A stretch of 17,036 nt of DNA. Origin: Nitrosospira multiformis ATCC 25196. Its GTDB lineage: Bacteria > Pseudomonadota > Gammaproteobacteria > Burkholderiales > Nitrosomonadaceae. Positions 7,591-13,677 of the stretch are shown here, piece by piece; the stretch's first letter is position 1, and each line of letters opens with the position of its first letter. The DNA lies in contig NC_007616.1 of assembly GCF_000196355.1 (NCBI RefSeq), forward strand, positions 1 to 17,036. The letters are read 5' to 3'. The notes beneath the pieces are model-generated. The model made no database searches. It was not told where the DNA came from and saw nothing but the letters and a program-made list of their open reading frames with translations. A program made the position numbers and the translations under genes.

Positions 7591-7747
7591 TGGGTCTCGA
7601 CAGGCAGGTGTTCAGCGTTCAGCTCTTGGGCTGATAGCTTTGAAGTAGCATATTTGAGGCATAGGGTCAAAACGACACTAGCTAGCGTAATAGCTTATGT
7701 TCGGTTGACAAAAACGTTAACAGAACCTGGATGATTCTTAAAAGCTA

Positions 7748-8062
7748 TTACTCGCCCCGATAGGGCTCGGGAACCCCATATTTTGCGCAAAGATCATTGA
7801 TTGCTTCCCCCAAAAGTTCCTTGGTTAGTTTTCCCTCGTTATTCGGATGAGCTTGTACGAGCAGTAATGCGCGGCGTACCTGGGGAGAAAAATGCGCCCC
7901 TATCATCACCGTTTTATCAGCGGCCTTTTTATTAGCTACAGGAGTAACAGGCTTAGCCTCAGACTGATGAGGGCTTACATGCTGAATTGGTTCCGGCTGC
8001 TTTTGCACCTGACCGGCTGCCATGGCTTTAAGCCCGGCGGCTAAGGGACTAGGCTTTTTCAT
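7748..8062 (-). CDS. Small partition partner of ParA (ParG/RHH-like centromere-binding protein, putative)
   Basis: 104-aa ORF immediately downstream of parA, overlapping it by 14 nt, with AAGGA 8 nt upstream. It has a basic, disordered N-terminus and a structured C-terminal 50 aa (VMIGAHFSPQVRRALLLVQAH...LLGEAINDLCAKYG). The assignment rests mainly on position. Confidence 0.5.
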   Translation of the reverse strand: MKKPSPLAAGLKAMAAGQVQKQPEPIQHVSPHQSEAKPVTPVANKKAADKTVMIGAHFSPQVRRALLLVQAHPNNEGKLTKELLGEAINDLCAKYGVPEPYRGE

Positions 8063-8699
8063 GATGTATATCCTTATATTTGTATAGCGCTATATTTATA
8101 TATTTATATAGCTCACTGAGTTCAAGAGCTGCTTTACCGCCGGGATCGTATTCCAGGGCAGTTTGACCCAGATTGGTGGCATCTCCATAAGCTGTTCTTT
8201 GATAGAGTACGACGGGACAAACCTTAAGCCCCATTCCTTCTATCGCTTCCATCGTATCTAGATGGCGTCTTCCTTGCACAGGGGCGGCATTTATCACGAC
8301 CAGAGCAGTGGGATTACCAGCAAGGGTTAGGATGTCTTTAACATTTAACAGCGTTTCAATGTCGAAGAGCTGAGGCCGGATGGGTAGCAGAACAATATCT
8401 GCAACTTTTGCGGCCTCTATAGTGGCTTCGGTGCTTTTTCCTGCTGTGTCGATTATGACCAACTCAGCGCCTTGCTCTTTTGCCCCGGTTAATACGTTAC
8501 GTAGGCGTGAAACTTGGCAAGATACTACTGCCGGATGTTCAGATTCTCTCCGATCTCCCCAGTTAGCCGCTGTAGTTTGGGGATCAAGATCGATTACGGC
8601 AACTGACTTGCCGTCCAGAACACCTGCAACAGCAAGCCCTAATGCGGTTGTTGTTTTCCCGTTACCGCCCTTTTGTCCGATGATGGCTAAGGTTTTCAT
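8049..8699 (-). CDS. parA: ParA/Soj-family partition ATPase (small, type Ib-like)
   Basis: Translation begins MKTLAIIGQKGGNGKTTTALGLA, with the deviant Walker A KGGxGKT. It also has VIDLDPQ and a Walker B-like LVIIDTAG. Confidence 0.9.
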   Translation of the reverse strand: MKTLAIIGQKGGNGKTTTALGLAVAGVLDGKSVAVIDLDPQTTAANWGDRRESEHPAVVSCQVSRLRNVLTGAKEQGAELVIIDTAGKSTEATIEAAKVADIVLLPIRPQLFDIETLLNVKDILTLAGNPTALVVINAAPVQGRRHLDTMEAIEGMGLKVCPVVLYQRTAYGDATNLGQTALEYDPGGKAALELSELYKYINIALYKYKDIHHEKA

Positions 8700-8706
8700 T
8701 ATATAG

Positions 8707-8794
8707 TCCTATATTTGTATAGTCCTATCCGAATATATTCCTATATAAGTATATTTCGATAGGGCTAGATTTATATATTACGATAGGAATATAT
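8707..8794. repeat. AT-rich TCCTAT/ATAGGA repeat array upstream of parA (candidate par operator/centromere)
   Basis: TCCTAT recurs at 8707, 8723 and 8739 with a 16-bp period. Inverted ATAGG(G/A) copies sit at 8759 and 8783. A 12-bp inverted repeat pairs ATATATTCCTAT (8733-8744) with ATAGGAATATAT (8783-8794). Confidence 0.45.
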
Positions 8795-8865
8795 CAGAGT
8801 TCCTTGAATGTCTATCCTGTTAAACGCAAAAAATCCACGGAATCGCAATCTCGACCACGTTTAAA

Positions 8866-8930
8866 TCACCCTTGTTTAATATCCTAGCGGGTGAATTTGC
8901 CCGGAGGGCAAAGAGGGGCGGCAATGAGCC
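8866..8930 (+). repeat. Left arm of a long-range inverted repeat pair (partner at 12635-12687)
   Basis: TCACCCTTGTTTAATATCCTAGCGGG...GAGGGGCGGCAATGAGCC. The first 26 nt match the partner at 23/26 and the last 18 nt at 18/18. This arm carries an extra internal hairpin, TTTGCCC-gga-GGGCAAA. Confidence 0.8.
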
Positions 8931-8983
8931 CCTTGGATGATGTTTTGTGAGCGGAGCGAACTCATAGTCTATTGTCATAACTT

Positions 8984-8992
8984 GTTATCCAC
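8984..8992 (+). promoter_or_regulatory. Consensus DnaA box TTATCCACA. A second 8/9 box, TCATCCACA, lies at 9088-9096.
   Basis: Exact 9-mer match, located between the AT-rich region and the iterons. This is the expected architecture of an iteron-type oriV. Confidence 0.5.
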
Positions 8993-9098
8993 AGTCGCGA
9001 GTTTCATCCCTGTGTGTGTTAAATATAGAGTTAAGTAGTGTTAAGGGCGGGAAAACTCTTGTAACTATTTGCAATAGCTCAGCAATTTCATCCACAGC

Positions 9099-9250
9099 GT
9101 CAACAGAACCACGAAAAACTGTCAGCACAACCACGAAAAACCGTCAACGAAACCACGAAAAGTCCCTTGCGTCATTGAAACCCCGAAGCTATGATGGGCG
9201 TCAACGAAACCACGAATCGATTATGTCTGTCAACGAAACCACGAATATTA
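9099..9250 (+). repeat. oriV iterons: five 22-bp direct repeats with core GTCAaCgaAACCACGAA, plus one degenerate copy
   Basis: Copies: 9099 GTCAACAGAACCACGAAAAACT; 9121 GTCAGCACAACCACGAAAAACC; 9143 GTCAACGAAACCACGAAAAGTC; 9200 GTCAACGAAACCACGAATCGAT; 9229 GTCAACGAAACCACGAATATTA. The degenerate copy at 9171 is GTCATTGAAACCCCGAAGCT. Confidence 0.8.
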
Positions 9251-10275
9251 AAAAGAATGAGCGATCGGTCTTGTTGCCGGAACGCCATCCCAATCACGAG
9301 CTGTTCATCTGCGATGTGCTTGAGGCCATCCCCAAGGATGACTTGGCAAGCATGGAACACCCCGTATTCTCCCTGGCAACCAAACCAGATACACGGACCC
9401 TGATTTATGAGCACAGGGATGTAAAAATCCAGATCACGCCAAGCGTTAAGGGGTTGGCGACGATTTTCGATAAGGATTTATTGATTTTCTGCATCTCCCA
9501 AATGATCGCAAAAAAGAATAGGGGAGAGCCTCTATCGCAAAATGTACGCCTCCATGCATACGATCTTTTGATATGGACGAACCGGGAAACAAGCGGCGAT
9601 GCTTACCGGCGCCTCATAGAAGCATTTGAGCGGCTACGCGGGACCACAATCGTGACAAACATCAAAGCAGACGGTGAGGAGATAACCACAGGTTTTGGCC
9701 TTATCGATAGTTTCAAGGTTGTTCGTCATACCGCCACCGGGCGCATGAGTGAGCTGGAAGTCCGGATCTCGGACTGGATGTTTAAAATCATTCAGGGTTC
9801 ACAGGTGCTGACGCTGAGCCGGGATTATTTCCGGCTTAGAAAACCCATCGAACGGCGGATTTACGAGATAGCACGTAAGCATTGCGGGGAGCAGGACGAA
9901 TGGCGGATTTCTATCGAACTGCTCCAGAAAAAAACTGGAGCCAGCAGTCACGAACGGGCGTTTAAAGCCATGGTGCGGGAGCTGGTCAAATGCGACCATT
10001 TGCCCGACTACAGCGTCACATTGGAAGACGATATGGTAATTTTTTATAACCGGGCGGGCTTATCGGAGAAAATTCCTCTTACCGCGTTTCCTCAGCTCAA
10101 TGCTGAAACTTACAACGATGCTCGTACCGTGGCCCCAGGTTATGACGTCTATTATCTCGAACAAGAATGGCGGGACATGTGGGTTGATACCGGAATGCCG
10201 CTACTCCACAATCCCGACAAAGCTTTTATAGCTTTTTGCAAATCCCGGGCAAAACGTCGCCCAATGGGTCGGTAA
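9223..10275 (+). CDS. repA: Plasmid replication initiator RepA (replication initiator protein A type)
   Basis: 350 aa from the first ATG. Typical blocks: LLPERHPNHELFICDVLEAIPKDDLASMEHPVFSLATKPD and LSRDYFRLRKPIERRIYEIARKHCG. The track ORF start at 9016 is a non-ATG extension that merely translates the iterons. Confidence 0.85.
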   Translation: MSVNETTNIKKNERSVLLPERHPNHELFICDVLEAIPKDDLASMEHPVFSLATKPDTRTLIYEHRDVKIQITPSVKGLATIFDKDLLIFCISQMIAKKNRGEPLSQNVRLHAYDLLIWTNRETSGDAYRRLIEAFERLRGTTIVTNIKADGEEITTGFGLIDSFKVVRHTATGRMSELEVRISDWMFKIIQGSQVLTLSRDYFRLRKPIERRIYEIARKHCGEQDEWRISIELLQKKTGASSHERAFKAMVRELVKCDHLPDYSVTLEDDMVIFYNRAGLSEKIPLTAFPQLNAETYNDARTVAPGYDVYYLEQEWRDMWVDTGMPLLHNPDKAFIAFCKSRAKRRPMGR

Positions 10276-10305
10276 TTCTCTTTTTAAGATCGAAGGGGTG
10301 CTGCT

Positions 10306-11979
10306 TTATCTGCCGCGATCTCGATATGGCTCAGGACGAGCTTGTCCATGCGCCAATTTCTCTTCCGTAGAATTATTAGACTCGTAGCTCTCGAACAGAC
10401 TTGCCCGGTTGTTGTACCTATCTGCAAGACTGACGCTTTTATCCTCTTTTTGCCTCTCCGCTTGAGTTGCACGAAGCTTCTTGTAGGAATCCCAAGCGGT
10501 CCGGCGGTCGGCATTTAAAGCCGCCCATTCTTTCCGCAATTCGCCTGTCTCTTCTGCCTGCTGCCTTTTTAAATCCTGCCGCTCCGTCTTGTGACGAGCT
10601 GCAAGCAAGGTGCGAGCTTGCTTATCGGTTTCCTTAGCCGCTTCTATTTTCTGGACGGCATGTTTCTTGGCAAGATCGCGAGCCTCTGCATACTTAGTGC
10701 GCAACTCATCCAGTTCCGTGTTTTGCTTGGCCCAGAGCCTTTGGAAAGCAGGCAAATTACGTTCGTCCAGCTTCTTGAAGAAAGCTTCTTTTTCGCTGTT
10801 CAAGCGCTTTGCGAACATTGCAGCACGCGCATCTTTAGCCACAAGCGCAGTAAAAAACCGGGATAGATGGCCACGATGATGGTTCCCGTGTTCGGAGAGG
10901 GGAGTCTTGATCGTCGCTTCAAGCGTAGCCAGAAGTACGGCCCATCCCCCGGTGCGGTTCATTTTATAAAATTCCCGCCTTTTTTCTTTCTGTGTTGCCA
11001 TAAAGAAGGAGACTTCCGGCACATTCTCTTCTTTAAGACGGGCTCTTAAGGCGCGCATTTGGTCTTCGTGCCTTTTCTTTAATTTGGCCCTGTCGGCCTG
11101 GTATTTCTGCCAGGAATACTCGCCCGCTTTTGAAGCCTTGTTAAAACCCTGCCGAATTTTGAACGCCTGGCACTGCTTATCCCAAAGAGCGGCCCGTTCG
11201 TTTGCCTGGCGAGCTTTAATTTCCTCCCATTGAGCCGAATGGCGCACCGCGTTATCGCGGCCCTTCCTGGCCAGATTTTTGATCCGCTCGGCGAACTCCG
11301 CCTTAATATCCAGGTAACGTTTACTCTTAGGATGGGTTGCTCCTGCCGCCGCCTCCCAATCCGCACGAGCCTTGCTGTTGGCCGTGCCTTTGTGCTGCCG
11401 CGCTTCTTCCGCCATACGACGGTATTCAGCCTTCTTTTCCGGGTCTTTCTCGTATTTCGCGGCACGCTCGGGGCTGTGATGTTCCATGCCCCGTGCCTTG
11501 TCGTATTCATGGCCCCAGGAGTGCAGGATTTTATGGTCGTCCTTGGGATTGTGCGAGATTCCTGTCACCGGATTAACGCGGTTGACGATGATATGCAAAT
11601 GCATGTGCGCCTTGTCGCCGTGCGCGGCAAACACCGCTTCATGCTCCCCATATCCAAGCTTTTCCAGTATGGCAGTCCCGGCCTCCATCATTTCGGCCTG
11701 GGTGGGCTTCTCGCCTGGCACCCAGGACAGGGAGAGGTGATAAACCGGCGGGCCGGGTTTGCGGCCGGTCGCCTTGATGCCTGCCGCTTCTTTCAGCTCG
11801 GCGGCATGCTGCGCGGTATAGGCCATGACCTTGGCCGCCTTCTCCGGGTCGTCCGTGCGAAGGTTGCGCGTTTCCGTAAACAGAACCCGCTCGGCTGTTT
11901 TGGCTCCGTCCGGGTCGTGAATGATGTAGGCCACCGCCCCCTTGAAGCTGCGGCCCTTTTTCGCGGCGTTCGGCGTCAT
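10306..11979 (-). CDS. mobA: Relaxase/mobilisation nuclease (VirD2/TraI-RP4-like N-terminal domain) with a long K/E/A-rich C-terminal region
   Basis: The N-terminus FKGAVAYIIHD provides a candidate catalytic Tyr. The His triad is HGDKAHMHLHIIVNRVNP (HxDxxxxHxH). The start overlaps the mobC stop (ATGA). Confidence 0.85.
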   Translation of the reverse strand: MTPNAAKKGRSFKGAVAYIIHDPDGAKTAERVLFTETRNLRTDDPEKAAKVMAYTAQHAAELKEAAGIKATGRKPGPPVYHLSLSWVPGEKPTQAEMMEAGTAILEKLGYGEHEAVFAAHGDKAHMHLHIIVNRVNPVTGISHNPKDDHKILHSWGHEYDKARGMEHHSPERAAKYEKDPEKKAEYRRMAEEARQHKGTANSKARADWEAAAGATHPKSKRYLDIKAEFAERIKNLARKGRDNAVRHSAQWEEIKARQANERAALWDKQCQAFKIRQGFNKASKAGEYSWQKYQADRAKLKKRHEDQMRALRARLKEENVPEVSFFMATQKEKRREFYKMNRTGGWAVLLATLEATIKTPLSEHGNHHRGHLSRFFTALVAKDARAAMFAKRLNSEKEAFFKKLDERNLPAFQRLWAKQNTELDELRTKYAEARDLAKKHAVQKIEAAKETDKQARTLLAARHKTERQDLKRQQAEETGELRKEWAALNADRRTAWDSYKKLRATQAERQKEDKSVSLADRYNNRASLFESYESNNSTEEKLAHGQARPEPYRDRGR

Positions 11980-12308
11980 TCCACGTCCTGCAATCGGTCC
12001 AGCAACTGATTGAGCCGGGCAAGAGTCTCGCTCAGCTCGTGCGGGCTATGGCCGAGGCCACTGTTCAGGGCACGGGCAATCTGGTTGAGATTGACGCCCG
12101 CCCGGTTCACAGCCAGCACCAGGGCAGGGTCAGCCCGGCGCGGAGCAGCGGCAAGCTTGCCCCCAAGGGCGCGGCGGCGGGCGTAGTCGGTGGGGGTGAG
12201 GCCCGAAGCGGCAGCGCGGGCCTCAATGGTGGCCCGCTCGTCTGGGAGCAGGCGAAGATTCAGCCGCTCGCTCCGGGACTCCGGTTGCTGTTTCCTGGGT
12301 CGCGCCAT
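11976..12308 (-). CDS. mobC: MobC-family relaxosome accessory protein (RHH)
   Basis: Translation from the ATG at 12308 is MARPRKQQPESRSERLNLRLLPDERATIEARAAASGLTPTDYARRRALG...AVNRAGVNLNQIARALN. The 69 codons further upstream in the track ORF are GC-rich read-through. Confidence 0.8.
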   Translation of the reverse strand: MARPRKQQPESRSERLNLRLLPDERATIEARAAASGLTPTDYARRRALGGKLAAAPRRADPALVLAVNRAGVNLNQIARALNSGLGHSPHELSETLARLNQLLDRLQDVE

Positions 12309-12382
12309 AAGGACTGGACTGGATAAGTTATTCAGGACGGTACGCAATGGTGACGCAATTAGCCAAATCCGGCTTTTCCGGT

Positions 12383-12728
12383 GCCTCCTCGTTTCGGGGA
12401 GGAGGGGGAATACCGAATGGCCAGGCAAGGCCGTTGCAGGGGGTCCAAAGGGGGAGGGAATGCTCCCCCTTGCAAGCGTTTTTGGGTACCAAAAACATAG
12501 CTTGCTACCCTGCACCTACAATTGTACCACTCAACTCAGGCGCTAGGTCAACTGCACCAAAGGGAGTTATGCACGAGGTTTTTCAGGCGCGACGCGTCGG
12601 GAGTAGCTGACGCCCTTCGGGCGTCAGTCGGAGAGGCTCATTGCCGCCCCTCCGACACCTCCCTGCTAGGATACAAAACAAGGGTGAGCGGCAGTTGATC
12701 GCAGGCGAAGCGGCCTGTATCCTGATAC
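12383..12728. other. Candidate oriT region upstream of mobC (several inverted repeats plus nick-core-like motifs). The exact nic site is not determinable.
   Basis: Hairpins: 12383-12405 (CCTCCTC/GAGGAGG); 12448-12471 (AAGGGGGAG/CTCCCCCTT); 12478-12496 (GTTTTTGG/CCAAAAAC); 12607-12627 (CTGACGCCC-ttc-GGGCGTCAG). There is also a 10-bp palindrome CGACGCGTCG at 12590-12599 and GTATCCTGATAC at 12717-12728, which contains TATCCTG. Confidence 0.3.
12635..12687 (-). repeat. Right arm of the long-range inverted repeat pair (partner at 8866-8930)
   Basis: The reverse complement reads TCACCCTTGTTTTGTATCCTAGCAGGGAGGTGTCGGAGGGGCGGCAATGAGCC. Confidence 0.8.
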
Positions 12729-12777
12729 GGCGGTACAGCAGGGATGCGATGACCGCACAAGGGTGAGAAATCACCGC

Positions 12778-12811
12778 AAAGGCCAGCCCTCAAAAGCTGG
12801 CCTTTGTTTTT
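12778..12811 (+). terminator. Rho-independent terminator-like hairpin, plus-strand oriented
   Basis: AAAGGCCAGC-cctcaaaa-GCTGGCCTTT, a 10-bp stem, followed by GTTTTT. On the minus strand no T-run follows the stem. Confidence 0.5.
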
Positions 12812-12869
12812 ACCTAGACAATCCGGCTCCCGTTACAATCTGTACTCGCTCATCTTTTCAGGGGGGAGT

Positions 12870-13343
12870 ATGGCAACTACCGATAGCGGAGACTTGCCAA
12901 AAGGCCAGGCAAATGAAGGAAATCGAGGGAAACCATCGGAACCGGGCCAATATAATCCGCATCAAGGCAGTGACCTGGCTGTTGCCCAGACTCTTCTTCC
13001 AACAGGCCCGACGGCAACCCATCGAAATGACGAACAAAAATCAAAAATACCGGAGGGAGTCCGAAAGGACGGCCAAAACCTGACCCTTGAAATGAGAACT
13101 CCTATGGGGTCGGATGTCCGAAGGCAAGCCGCATACTCACAAGCTGCGAAGGATTACAATGCCGCCAACAAAAAACGGGTAGAAAAATATTTCGGTGACA
13201 GTAATAAAGGACCCCTGGTAACATCAAGAGATATAAAGGATAAAAGCGTTATTGAACGACGGGAGCCAACTAGGGGATCGCTTTCAAACGAGCTATCCAA
13301 AGCGAGCGGTTTCGAAACAGGGAGTAAGGATTTAGAAAGATAG
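12870..13343 (+). CDS. Hypothetical protein, 157 aa, highly polar and probably disordered, with no recognisable domain
   Basis: ATG at 12870, preceded by AGGGGGGAG. It is the first gene of the plus-strand operon. The sequence MATTDSGDLPKGQANEGNRGKPSEPGQ... is rich in K/E/G/S/N/Q. Its coding status is supported only by length, RBS and operon context. Confidence 0.55.
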   Translation: MATTDSGDLPKGQANEGNRGKPSEPGQYNPHQGSDLAVAQTLLPTGPTATHRNDEQKSKIPEGVRKDGQNLTLEMRTPMGSDVRRQAAYSQAAKDYNAANKKRVEKYFGDSNKGPLVTSRDIKDKSVIERREPTRGSLSNELSKASGFETGSKDLER

Positions 13344-13349
13344 CCCGCC

Positions 13350-13661
13350 ATGAAATACAGCCTTCCTCACGATCAAATGCATTCCAGGGTCATCACTGCC
13401 CCTGACGGTATAGATCATTTAATAACCATGGGCGGTTGGTACTGGAATTCTCTCGACTGGATGCATAACGAAACCGATTGGAAAAATATCGATTTTATTG
13501 AGCTGGCTTGGAAAACTGCCAAGCAAATGGAAAACGACGGAACAATGGAAAACCCGGGCAATTTACCGGCGGAATTCCAATTGGCTTTCAAATATCACAT
13601 ATGGTTCCGCATGAAGGATTTGATTAACAAAGAAGATGGCATAGTTAACGATAATATTTAA
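13350..13661 (+). CDS. Hypothetical protein, 103 aa, Trp-rich
   Basis: ATG ORF lying 6 nt after the previous stop. The segment HLITMGGWYWNSLDWMHNETDW faintly recalls the ExxFWxxL block of RHH_4-type proteins. That resemblance is weak. Confidence 0.55.
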   Translation: MKYSLPHDQMHSRVITAPDGIDHLITMGGWYWNSLDWMHNETDWKNIDFIELAWKTAKQMENDGTMENPGNLPAEFQLAFKYHIWFRMKDLINKEDGIVNDNI

Positions 13662-13677
13662 TCTGCCGGGACATTAA

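Noticed and set aside
8380-8706. 108-aa plus-strand ORF antisense to parA
   Set aside because: It lies opposite a well-supported ParA frame and has no motifs.
8813-8819. TATCCTG near oriV as a second oriT nick site
   Set aside because: This 7-mer is expected by chance at about this frequency. It has no adjacent inverted repeat comparable to those upstream of mobC. It is kept only as a note under the oriT finding.
9016-9222. N-terminal 69-codon extension of the RepA ORF in the track (419 aa, non-ATG start)
   Set aside because: The extension is the iteron array read in frame, which gives repetitive RKTVSTTTKNRQRNHE-type sequence. It has no RBS. Homologous RepA proteins, as I recall them, begin shortly before the LLPERHP block, so the ATG at 9223 is preferred.
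9099-9250. Possible CRISPR array, because of the short direct repeats
   Set aside because: The repeats are 22 bp and directly abutting or only 6-7 bp apart. There are no spacer-sized unique inserts and no cas genes. Their position upstream of repA, with DnaA boxes, identifies them as iterons.
11230-12009. 259-aa plus-strand ORF, plus other long ORFs at 11079-11510, 11337-11576, 11486-11740 and 11639-12022 overlapping the relaxase gene
   Set aside because: These are shadow ORFs in GC-rich coding DNA. Their translations are Arg/Gly/Pro-rich with no motifs, whereas the minus-strand frame carries clear relaxase motifs.
11976-12515. Full 179-aa version of the MobC ORF
   Set aside because: The first 69 codons lie in the structured oriT leader and are Pro/Arg/Ser-rich. 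They are not part of MobC-family proteins, so the ATG at 12308 gives the expected 110-aa product.
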